Source: a virus. From it: 64,000 nt of DNA. Position 1 is the stretch's first letter; each line of letters starts with the position of its first letter. The stretch lies in IMG/VR virus record IMGVR_UViG_3300043673_000021, positions 33,626 through 97,625 of that record; one strand, written 5' to 3'. Of the stretch, positions 49,534-58,700 are shown in pieces. The position numbers were made by a program, and so were the translations under genes. The notes beneath the pieces are model-generated. The model was not told where the DNA came from. It did no database searches and worked only from the letters and a program-made list of their open reading frames with translations.

Positions 49534-49794
49534 TTAGGCAGCGGGCCGAGTTGACTTGCCGTTTTTCCTGCTTGAGATAGGAGCGCAATCCTCACGCGCT
49601 CTCTTCTCTTCGGCGTCAGAAACATAGGCCAAATAGTGATCGAAGGCCTTTGCCGCAAGCTGTTCGCTTGTTACGTCTTCGCGTATGGCCTGAATCTTCA
49701 TGCCGTCCCAAGTGGGTTTTGGAATGCGAATCTGTATGCTTGCGCGTATCATTTCTGTTAATGTGTTCTCTGATGTCTCTGATGGCGTTGCCAT
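49534..49794 (-). CDS. Ribbon-helix-helix protein (Cro/Arc-like position)
   Basis: SIQIRIPKPTWDGMKIQAIREDVTSEQLAAKAFDHYL. Confidence 0.7.
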   Translation of the reverse strand: MATPSETSENTLTEMIRASIQIRIPKPTWDGMKIQAIREDVTSEQLAAKAFDHYLAYVSDAEEKRAREDCAPISSRKNGKSTRPAA

Positions 49795-49800
49795 GTAAGA

Positions 49801-49846
49801 AGCTTAGGAGAAAAAGAGAAAAGTGTCAAGAGAGAAAAAGAGAAAA
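49801..49846 (-). promoter_or_regulatory. Leftward promoter TTGACA-N17-TAAGCT with two GAGAAAAAGAGAAAA direct repeats (putative operators)
   Basis: -35 at 49829-49824, -10 at 49806-49801; repeats at 49808-49822 and 49832-49846. Confidence 0.75.
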
Positions 49847-50349
49847 TGACACAACCGATTGATTCGACTAAGAATTTTGTCACTTTGAAGGTTCCACGAG
49901 AGACACGGAAGGCAGTGAAAGACCTAGCGAATGCGATAGATCAAGGAATCTCTGAAACTGCCGCGATTGTCATCAAAGAGGGCCTCGCTAAAATAGCAGA
50001 CGCCAAACAGTACCCAGCCTGTTCCGATTCCGGAACACCAATTGACATAGGGGAATCCCCGATCTATCGTGGTCAAACAGTTAACGTTTTAGTGCCACTA
50101 CAAATCGCTCCATGGGTACCCAAGCTTGTTACTGTTCTCTCCGGCCCCGCTCGCCACGCGCTGGAATCCAATCTAGACACTTTCGTGGAATATACGGAAC
50201 TAAAGGCGGTAGGTAATGAGCCCCCGCCAGGTAATCCCGTGGAAGTTGCCGAAAAAGCACTCGCCGCTCTCGGAAGTGCAAAGGATGCTTCTGAAGAACA
50301 TCTTGGTCGCGGCAATCGCCGCACTGGAAAGCGCAGTAAGACTGCTTGA
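49846..50349 (+). CDS. Ribbon-helix-helix protein with C-terminal extension (repressor position)
   Basis: FVTLKVPRETRKAVKDLANAIDQGISETAAIVIKEGL. Confidence 0.65.
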   Translation: MTQPIDSTKNFVTLKVPRETRKAVKDLANAIDQGISETAAIVIKEGLAKIADAKQYPACSDSGTPIDIGESPIYRGQTVNVLVPLQIAPWVPKLVTVLSGPARHALESNLDTFVEYTELKAVGNEPPPGNPVEVAEKALAALGSAKDASEEHLGRGNRRTGKRSKTA

Positions 50350-50377
50350 TGAGGGGATGTGAGGGAAGGGAAACAAG

Positions 50378-50926
50378 ATGAAACTCACCGCCGCTTTAGT
50401 GGTGCTTGCCTCCGCGTCGATATCTGGCATTTGCCAAAGCCAAAAGGACGACCCGGGCGGCTGGAATGGTATTAAGTGGGGCACATCTCGGGCTGACGTA
50501 GAAACTCGCCTTCCGGACGCAAAAGAGATGCCTTGGGGGCCGGAGAAGTTTAACAAGAAGGTGCTGACGGTGCCCGATTTGAATGTGGCCCAGAGCCACT
50601 TCCTTGTTCGGTTGTTCTTTTCAAAGGCCAACGAATTCCAGGGAGCAAGGCTTGAATCTGTTGCCAAGCCGACCGAGCCAAGTTACCTCGTCAAGGAACT
50701 GGCCAAGGTTACGCTTCTGGGTGCGCTGACCGACAAGTACGGAAATGATTTCAAATCCCATATTGAGCCAGAGGGTTCAGGCGGTGGATTAACGGAGACT
50801 TGGCAATGGATGTTCCCGTCTACCTCCATCACCTTGACGTGGACCCATTACCGGGCACCGAACTACAGAGACCTTGACAGCACGAGCGTTGCCTACTCTA
50901 TCCGCGAGAAACTGGAAGGCATATGA
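50378..50926 (+). CDS. Secreted hypothetical protein (possible superinfection-exclusion moron)
   Basis: Signal peptide; GWNGIKWGTS...LTDKYG. Confidence 0.65.
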   Translation: MKLTAALVVLASASISGICQSQKDDPGGWNGIKWGTSRADVETRLPDAKEMPWGPEKFNKKVLTVPDLNVAQSHFLVRLFFSKANEFQGARLESVAKPTEPSYLVKELAKVTLLGALTDKYGNDFKSHIEPEGSGGGLTETWQWMFPSTSITLTWTHYRAPNYRDLDSTSVAYSIREKLEGI

Positions 50927-51156
50927 AACTGGCGCTTACGCTCTGCGTAGCGGCGGCGGTAATTGTTGGGCTTAGATCCTGCAATCCTGCCGAGCGGCAC
51001 CATACTGCCGAGTGGGAGCGAGCCAATAACTGTATGACCGAGGCAACCTTCAAACTGATCGAGAAGGGATACTCCAATGGAGACGCCAAGGTCGGGGCCA
51101 CGATGACCTGTAGCAATCAAATCGATGCGGTCAAGGGCGATGGTTGGGAGAAGTAA
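50923..51156 (+). CDS. Small secreted or membrane-anchored protein
   Basis: Hydrophobic N-terminus, ATGA coupling. Confidence 0.5.
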   Translation: MKLALTLCVAAAVIVGLRSCNPAERHHTAEWERANNCMTEATFKLIEKGYSNGDAKVGATMTCSNQIDAVKGDGWEK

Positions 51157-51251
51157 TCGCCATGATGGCGAGGCGAAGGAAAACTGGATGAATCGAAAAA
51201 GGATTGCAGGGCGAAGCCGGTCGCGCGTAGACTGAGCATAGCCTTCCACGG

Positions 51252-51848
51252 TTGATGCCCACATTTAACTGGATTTGGGAGAGGCTAGTGAAGGAGCACA
51301 TGCTGATTACCCAAGTCCCCATTCACTTCCTGTTAGCGGTATCGGCTATTTCGATATTGATATGGCTGGCTATTTGGTGGATTCACGCCGAACGGATAAC
51401 CAGCCTAAACTCCCTGCTCGGCATGTATAAAGAGCGCTACGGCTCGCTTTCTGAGGTGGTGGGCCAGTCACCAATTGGCCGCGTGCGCAACGGTGCCCTA
51501 AAACAACGCGCGGTTCAGATCGCCATCGCCATCACGGAAATCGCCAGCCGACTGGACACAGACAGCACGCAAATACCGTCACCGGGAGGAGTCACCACGA
51601 TTCACGAAATCGGCAATCGCCATATAGCTGTTTCGAATTCAGCGCGAGAGGCATACAGTAAAACTGCAAAAGCTGACGCTATTCTGGTCAAAGCGGAGAT
51701 AGAGGCGCGTCTCGCATCAAGGGGAATCAAGGATAACGCGCCTCGCGAATTTTATGTAACCCCGGGGATGTTTGAGGAGCCCACCAATGCCATTTGTTAC
51801 CGGATGGTCGCTGATGAGCTTCGCCGCCTCGCGGCACTTCTGCCCTAA
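51252..51848 (+). CDS. Membrane-anchored hypothetical protein
   Basis: One N-terminal transmembrane helix. Confidence 0.6.
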   Translation: MMPTFNWIWERLVKEHMLITQVPIHFLLAVSAISILIWLAIWWIHAERITSLNSLLGMYKERYGSLSEVVGQSPIGRVRNGALKQRAVQIAIAITEIASRLDTDSTQIPSPGGVTTIHEIGNRHIAVSNSAREAYSKTAKADAILVKAEIEARLASRGIKDNAPREFYVTPGMFEEPTNAICYRMVADELRRLAALLP

Positions 51849-52201
51849 AGTAGCCACCCCACAAACAGAGATGCCCGCCGATGTTTTCCAGTTCTCAGGT
51901 TCGAATGGGTCTAGGTAGCGCGCGAATTCGGCTCGGAACCTGCAAGGGTATTGGCGGGCCATCGCAAGCATCGGGCTGAGGCGCAAGCACCCGAGCCTGC
52001 CGTTTAGCCCGTTCAAGTATATCCTCGATGTCGATTAACGATGGCCGTTCGAATCTGGCTTGCACTACCGCCAAAGCCTGAGCGGCCGTTTCTTCCTTGG
52101 CTAAATGAGTCATAATCGTCTGCTGCTACAAGGCCGGTGGGCTTAGAATAGTAGGTGACGTGGCGACTTACGATCGCCGCGCCACCGATACCACCTGATC
52201 T

Positions 52202-53287
52202 ATGGAGGATCAAATGGCCTTACCTGATTCTACCGAACCCGAGAAACCAAAAGAGAAATCTGGCGCGGGGTTCTTTTCCGTCGACCGCCGAATGTGGGCG
52301 AGGGTCTGCCAACTTGGGATAAACGAAGCTGTCTCCTATCTCGTTCTCGCACAGGGCACAGGGAAGGACAATAAAGTTACATCGTGGTCCACTAAAGCAA
52401 TACGGGAATATGGCGGGATGGGATGGCCTAGAGCCAAGGACGCAATCACTAATCTCTTGCAGGGGAAAATCATCAGCCATGCCAAGGGGCACACCCAGCA
52501 ATTACCTAGATACGAATTACTGACACTGCCCGCCAAGAAAGCTACTTCCAACTCTGAATTTTCCCCGGAATCGGATTTGGTTTGGCTCCCGTCAACACTA
52601 GTAACCGGGACTGCCAACGGAGAAGATTCGCCAGTAAAACGACTACGAATGATAGGGGATGTATCGGCAATGCGCCTACTCGTGGAACTGTATCACACAC
52701 AGAGTCTTCGGGATGATGGCGGAATAAGCCCCTGGGTAATGCATAAAAAGTACAAGAAAGTTTCCGCCTTAGAGTATGGCCCATGGGCTATTTGGGCTTT
52801 CAGCAAAATCGGCAGCACTATATATCCAAGCGCATGGCCGTTCCCGACTTATGCAAATGGCTGGGTATCTGGCCATGGCGAACACCCCGTATTCAAATCC
52901 ATCTCGATCCTGACATCTGAGGGGCTCTTAGGGTTCGTCCCGCATCTCTGGGATAACGAAACCGAGCAGGCGGAGATTATCCATCCATATGGAGCCAACG
53001 GCGAGGGAGAGGCGCTTGAAATCGCTATTGGTGACGCCGCGCACCAGGCGGCGAGTGCAATGCTTGGCGACCGCTGCGATGAATACATCGGCGATCACCT
53101 CGCGCCAGTGAAGAGATCAATCAAGAATGTCTGTATGATCGGCGTGGCCAGATTACGCTACCGACCGCAAACGAAGCGAACCGCGGCATGGTTTGCGGAA
53201 TTGAACGAATCCGGCGCGGAATTTTTGCGCCAGTACAACAAGTTGTTTGGAATGAGCACTTCGTTCAGAAATTCAGCTTGCCTTTAA
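52202..53287 (+). CDS. Winged-helix protein, putative second replication initiator
   Basis: N-terminal YLVL...WSTKAIREYGGMGWPRAKDAITNL wHTH-like pattern; repeat array right after the stop; GGAGG RBS favours ATG 52214. Confidence 0.5.
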   Translation: MEDQMALPDSTEPEKPKEKSGAGFFSVDRRMWARVCQLGINEAVSYLVLAQGTGKDNKVTSWSTKAIREYGGMGWPRAKDAITNLLQGKIISHAKGHTQQLPRYELLTLPAKKATSNSEFSPESDLVWLPSTLVTGTANGEDSPVKRLRMIGDVSAMRLLVELYHTQSLRDDGGISPWVMHKKYKKVSALEYGPWAIWAFSKIGSTIYPSAWPFPTYANGWVSGHGEHPVFKSISILTSEGLLGFVPHLWDNETEQAEIIHPYGANGEGEALEIAIGDAAHQAASAMLGDRCDEYIGDHLAPVKRSIKNVCMIGVARLRYRPQTKRTAAWFAELNESGAEFLRQYNKLFGMSTSFRNSACL

Positions 53288-53298
53288 GCCGCGACACA

Positions 53299-53348
53299 TC
53301 AAGGGTATCTCAACGGTTCTTCAAGGGGCTTTCAAGGGTTATCAAGGG
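53299..53348. repeat. Five TCAA(G/C)GG repeats at 10-11 bp spacing (iteron-like)
   Basis: Starts at 53299, 53310, 53321, 53332, 53342. Confidence 0.85.
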
Positions 53349-53420
53349 AAAGCGTAAAAGCACTTCGCGCCGTGTTTGTTTCGTAAACGAATACACTAGA
53401 AAGAGGGGAGCAGGATCTTC

Positions 53421-53618
53421 ATGGTAAGTCCATGGTCGTATTTCAAAGACTACGAAGCTGAAGCGAAAGGCGGAATCCCGCCAGAACGGCTCAACCCAAA
53501 ACTCCGCGTACCTCGCTTGGCTGCGGGCGACCCGGACCCCGAGGAACTCTCGCCCATCACCAGCAAAGAAACCTTACGATCTGGCTGTGTCGTGTTTGAG
53601 ATGAGGAAGCCGCGATGA
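53421..53618 (+). CDS. Hypothetical protein
   Basis: RBS and ATGA coupling. Confidence 0.5.
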   Translation: MVSPWSYFKDYEAEAKGGIPPERLNPKLRVPRLAAGDPDPEELSPITSKETLRSGCVVFEMRKPR

Positions 53619-54118
53619 TCGGGACGCCAGTCTCAAAGGCCAGGATCACGGAACTTGGGCAGCCTTGCCGTAAGTGCGGTGCCGCGGTAGTCAGGCATGA
53701 CCGGGACCTGTCGAAGGCGGCAACCGGCAAAACCTACTACGCGTGGTGGTTCTCCTGCCCACAATGCCGGACGCAGTACTTTGTCGACGAGGCGAAGCGC
53801 TCAGTGACAGACGGGAAGCTCAGCGGGCCCGTGGCTCCAAGGGTTCCAGTAACGGCGGTCGGCCAGCCTTGCAGGCACTGCGGTACGCCCGTCGTTAAGA
53901 GCCAGCACAAGCCCGGCAAGCCGCTGAAGAACAAACCCGGATCATACTACTTCGAATTCTGGTTTGCGTGCCCGAACAAGCGTTGCCGAACGCTCTACAT
54001 GGTCGAGGCAGCAAAGCGCTGGTACGATCGCCCTGGCGAGGCGCTGGACGCCTTCGACGTGACGCCGGCGGAGAGCATGGTGCCCAAGTACAGCGGCGAG
54101 GAGCCACCGTGGGAATAA
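53615..54118 (+). CDS. Protein with duplicated zinc-ribbon domain
   Basis: GQPCRxCG..VV...YY..WF.CP..C...Y.V..AKR occurs twice; ends in PPWE. Confidence 0.7.
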   Translation: MIGTPVSKARITELGQPCRKCGAAVVRHDRDLSKAATGKTYYAWWFSCPQCRTQYFVDEAKRSVTDGKLSGPVAPRVPVTAVGQPCRHCGTPVVKSQHKPGKPLKNKPGSYYFEFWFACPNKRCRTLYMVEAAKRWYDRPGEALDAFDVTPAESMVPKYSGEEPPWE

Positions 54119-54218
54119 TGGCGTGGCGAGTACGTGATACTATAGATGGCTGAAAACAAAAGAATAAGGGGGCTGAGGCGCTGCGAACGCTAATCAACCC
54201 CAGAAGACAGGTTCTCGA

Positions 54219-54671
54219 ATGCAGTATACTACGCATCGATCCACCTCGGCTGGCTTGGAAGTGCGGGTGGCAAGAAAGGGATCGTGGATGGATATGTCTC
54301 CTGACATCGAAACAGTAATCGAACAGATCGACTTTCGTGTTCTCATTGAACCGGCTGACAATCAGACCTATGTGGCGCGTTGTCTGCAAACCGGAGCAGT
54401 CGCCGAAGGCACAACAATCGAGGAAGCCGAGTCTATGATCAAGGCAATCCTTGAAAATGATTTCCGTAGAGCAATACAGGTCGGCAGCCTAGAAAGCCTG
54501 CTGGCGTGCCCCGCGCCATATGAAACGACCGTTCGCTGGTACGAGATGATGGCGCTCGATCCCAATGGCGTGCGCAAGATACCCTTGGCCGTCGAGGTCG
54601 GCAAGCTTAAGCGTGACGTGCAATCCGAGGTCCGCGTGTCTTCTCGTATGAGGGGCGCTTCTGTCGCCTGA
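54219..54671 (+). CDS. HicB-like antitoxin
   Basis: YVARCLQTGAVAEGTTIEEAESMIKAIL. Confidence 0.7.
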   Translation: MQYTTHRSTSAGLEVRVARKGSWMDMSPDIETVIEQIDFRVLIEPADNQTYVARCLQTGAVAEGTTIEEAESMIKAILENDFRRAIQVGSLESLLACPAPYETTVRWYEMMALDPNGVRKIPLAVEVGKLKRDVQSEVRVSSRMRGASVA

Positions 54672-54918
54672 GGAACGCCGCCCGAAGTCGGTCGCGGAAG
54701 TAACGCGCATCGCCCTCGATCATGGCGTTTGCACTATGGCGGTAATGGGCTACGACCGCTTGGTTGAATTCTACGCCGGCGGTCGCTACGCCACGATCCA
54801 CACTTCCACGGATCTGGACACGTTCAGCCCTCGCGCGATCATGCGCCTTGTAGATTTCTTCCCCTCACATCTATCGGTTGAAATGTTTTGGGACGTCGCG
54901 GAAAGCGCATCGACGTAA
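54661..54918 (+). CDS. Possible divergent HicA-like partner
   Basis: Frame open from CTG 54661 (GAGGGG RBS); about 85 aa directly after the HicB-like gene; lacks the canonical GSH motif. Confidence 0.4.
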   Translation: MSPEERRPKSVAEVTRIALDHGVCTMAVMGYDRLVEFYAGGRYATIHTSTDLDTFSPRAIMRLVDFFPSHLSVEMFWDVAESAST

Positions 54919-55021
54919 AGGGCCATCCACTTCGCCCTCATTTACCTGATAGAATTTGGGAGAAGAAACGGCCGCCCGTCGCCAAACGGACGGCCTATCG
55001 CAAGGATATCGGAGGGTACCC

Positions 55022-55708
55022 ATGCAACTTAACGGAACCATTGTAGCCGCTTTTTGTCTGCTTTCCTACGCTTCGCCGTGTCAGGCAAGCACAATCATCG
55101 TCACCTGGGTGCAGAACCTGGACTTGATAACCACCAGCGTACAGCCCGGTGTAGTAGGTGTTTCAGCCGGCGATCCAGTCCCAGGACTTGCCGGGCATCC
55201 AACGATCACCTGGACCATGACCACCAACACCCAGCAGGGATTTTACGGAGGCCTGTCCTTCACTAATCCGGTCATGAATCAGGACGCGATCAACGACGGT
55301 GTGATCCCGCTTGGCGGCAGTATTGAAGACGAGGAATTCAGCCCAAGTGGAATCCCTGAATTATTCGAGATCGCTTCATATATTCAATCTTCCGTGGATA
55401 CTGCGGCATCGCTCACAGGAATTTATTGGTTCGACTACATCACTAACGACACCTGCCTACAATACCCCTGCACGCAGACGATGCACAACCCATACGGATC
55501 GGCGTCTTTTGGAGCCAACAGCTTCCCCTTAGCGCGTTACCTAGCTCAGACCACAGACACCTTCGTCACGGTGCTTGTGCCGAACCCTGAACCGGGAACG
55601 ATCACTCTGATGGCGATCGCGCTCGTTACTGGGTTATCCCGGAAAAGTTACCTTGCAAAAACGAGAGCCCGACGAAGCCCAGCTGAGGACCGTAACGCGA
55701 GGTGTTGA
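55022..55708 (+). CDS. PEP-CTERM sorting-signal protein
   Basis: Signal peptide; C-terminal NPEPGTITLMAIAL plus basic tail; GGAGGG RBS and TGATAGAAT extended -10 upstream. Confidence 0.78.
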   Translation: MQLNGTIVAAFCLLSYASPCQASTIIVTWVQNLDLITTSVQPGVVGVSAGDPVPGLAGHPTITWTMTTNTQQGFYGGLSFTNPVMNQDAINDGVIPLGGSIEDEEFSPSGIPELFEIASYIQSSVDTAASLTGIYWFDYITNDTCLQYPCTQTMHNPYGSASFGANSFPLARYLAQTTDTFVTVLVPNPEPGTITLMAIALVTGLSRKSYLAKTRARRSPAEDRNARC

Positions 55709-58700
55709 GGATGGTTGCGGTCGCAATGCCCAATGGACCCATCGTGTCTCCAAACCGCCCGTTGATCGAATACGGCGACTTTACAACATAGTTCACCGTG
55801 TCAACGAAGATGCTCGACGTAGAAATACTCTGGAACGAATGCGTCTCAAGCGCGTTGGCCTGCATGCTGTTTGTCGACCCCACCATCGTGAATGTCTGCG
55901 GAGTTACGCCTGTAGAAAACAACCAAGAAGGCGCGCATGTGCTTGCATTGTAGTCTGAGAGATTGAAGATCGCACTCGGCTGTCCTGTAAAGGCCTGCTG
56001 ATCGTTGGAAAGCATTATGCAGTTCGTGGAGCTATTGACCCAGATGTTGTTCCACACCTTGAGGTTGATAACTTGGTTGGCTGCCCCACCCCAACTCATA
56101 AGCGCCGATGTGCCGCTGTTGAACCTGAACAGGTTGTTGTGTATCTCCGTGCTATCGGATAGGACGCCGCCGGTCCCGCAGCAGATGGGAGCTATAAACC
56201 CGTCGATTACATTCGAGTTTAGAAAGGCCACCTGTGGTGGCGCGGAAAATGGAACTGAGTTAAGTTGGTTAGTCCCGCTCCACTGAAATATCTGGTTAGC
56301 CGTAATCCAGTTACGGCTGTAGGTATTACCGCTTCCAAAAGACGACGATGACTTGTCGTAGATCCCTTGGCCGTTGTCGTGAACCCAGTTATCAGAAAAG
56401 GTGGAAGTCGTCGTAGAGTAAACCTTTATACCGGTCGCGTTCAGCCGGTTAGTGCCACTCGTAGAGTTGAATCCAGAAATCTCATTGTGGTGAACGTTTA
56501 TATTGGTTGCGGCCTCTACGATGACCCCTTGGTAGTTAGGATCGGTGTCGCCGGTCAATGGCGGGGTGATGGTTCCGCCGATGAGTTTGTTATAGGAGAA
56601 TTCCACATCAGTTGTAGAGCCGCCAACGGCACCCAGCCTAGACACTGTTACCTCAGCCGAAACGGCATTTGTGCTTGAGGCATCTAGGATGAACCCAGTG
56701 ATTAGAATGTGAGAGAACAGCGTTCCGATTAAAGGCGGGGCGAGTTCTTTTGTGGAAGTTCCAGCATATGCAATCGTGACCGATTCGCCGGGATAGGGCT
56801 TCATGGTTATCCGGTTGCCAACACCGCCATCACGGACAGGGGCAATGTACGAATTGACGCCGCCGCCGCCAGCGATCGTGCTCAGCGTTGGGTAGGTGCC
56901 CGCCCTGAAGTACAGGATATCGCCGGGATGAAGAATCTGGCACGCTGCGCCGGGAACGTAATCACTCGGATTCACTAGATCGGGCAGTCCGAACGGTGCA
57001 GCGAAAGTCCCAGTGCCCGCGCCTGAATGCGTATCTACGTAATAGCAAACTCCCCCTCCTGTTGCTTCACACGTTCCAGACTGCGCAATATTCCACGCTG
57101 TCGAGTCTGCTACGGATGCTGAAAGAGATTGCAGGAGCAGCGTGGAAGAGTCCAACTTGGTTGCCGTGTAATCGGTGCCCAACGTTTTGGAAACCCCGCC
57201 TACTGTGATGGTGCCTGGGACGGCGGCTGTCCAACTGGCGACCTGGAAGACGGGGTAATGCTGGATGTTGTGCGTTGTGAAGCTGACGCCGCTCGTGGCT
57301 GTCATGACGTACGCGCCTTTGAGAAGGTCGAAGCCGTTCGTCACATCTGCGCCGGTCCCAACTGTTCCCGTGGTCATAGTGGGCGCAACGATGTCATGAT
57401 ACTCTGTCGCCTGCTCTTGCGCTGTTGCGATTGAAGTGATACCGTTGTCTCCAACTCGCATAGAAAGGTAATGGGAATAGACATCAACGCCCACGCTCAG
57501 TGGCGCTGGAAGGTTCATGTCCCATTCTGTTCTTATTCCTTTAAAGTACTGTGGGGTGGACCCGAACGGATAGACATACGTATCAGCAGGGCCAGCCAGA
57601 AGAAGCATGTTAGTCTTCATCGCGACATGGTAATCAACAACGCCACCAATACAGTTAAGTGCAGCGCAGTGAGATACGTCTCCAACAGTTGGCAGGCCAG
57701 GGTTACCGGCACTAATACAATCATTGCTCGCCGGGAAACTGGAAGTTCCGGCTGATGAGTAAAGCAAGAAAGTTTTGTTGCTTACGTTATTCGGTGGTGG
57801 ATCTTGCCACATCCACAGCCAAGGGGATGGGGATGGTGGAAGGAAATTGCTAGTTCCAGAGCATGGATTAGGCCCACCAGACCAATTGTTAGCGATGGTT
57901 TCCAAGTTACCAGCGAACGCCCATGTGCCATTAAGAATGGGTTCTACCCCTACGCCACCCGGAAATCCCCAAACTAGAGGAGCTTGGCCGTCTGTTCCTG
58001 TGTAGGAGAACTTGGTTGTTCGATAGATTTTGTCCGGGGCTTCCATTGAGAAGTACTGGTCCACCGATATGCAGCAATCGGTTACGGCAGTATTCGTCCC
58101 GAAGCGTATGGGTACGAAGTGGTATTTGATGCGCTTTCTAAGATTGTTATCTTCGAGAACCGTAAGGGTGCCAGGACTCGGACCCGTGCTTCCACCACCG
58201 GAGTATCTATCAGTCGTGTCGTGGTTAGTCCAGTCCCACTTATCCCAGATGCACCCGGTATCAAGTCCGCATACACTGTACTGCTGGGTTGAATCACTCT
58301 TCAGGTCCCACAGTCTAGCAATGCCTTTGTATTGTCCCAATGTAGGATCAGGAGATCCTACTGGCCCATCTCCACTCCCAATTTCAACTGCATAGTGCCC
58401 TGGGAATGTAACCCTATAGCCAGTGCCTCCTGGATTAACAGACTTAGTTAGAGTTGGGTTAGCAGCAACTACAGCGAACGCGCCGAGATCGGGCGATCCA
58501 TCGGTGGGAGAGCCAGCCGCCCGCAATGCTGGGTTCGTTGGGTAGTATCCCGGCTTGACAAATGCGAGGAGTGCCGCGATGTTGTACGCCGAGTTATAGC
58601 CGGTCGCGTCGTTGATCTTTGCAAGTTCCGCCAACGCACAAGCTCCCGTCCCATCACAACCGAGAGTCGCGCCCCACGACCCGAGAGAGCGGTTACCATC

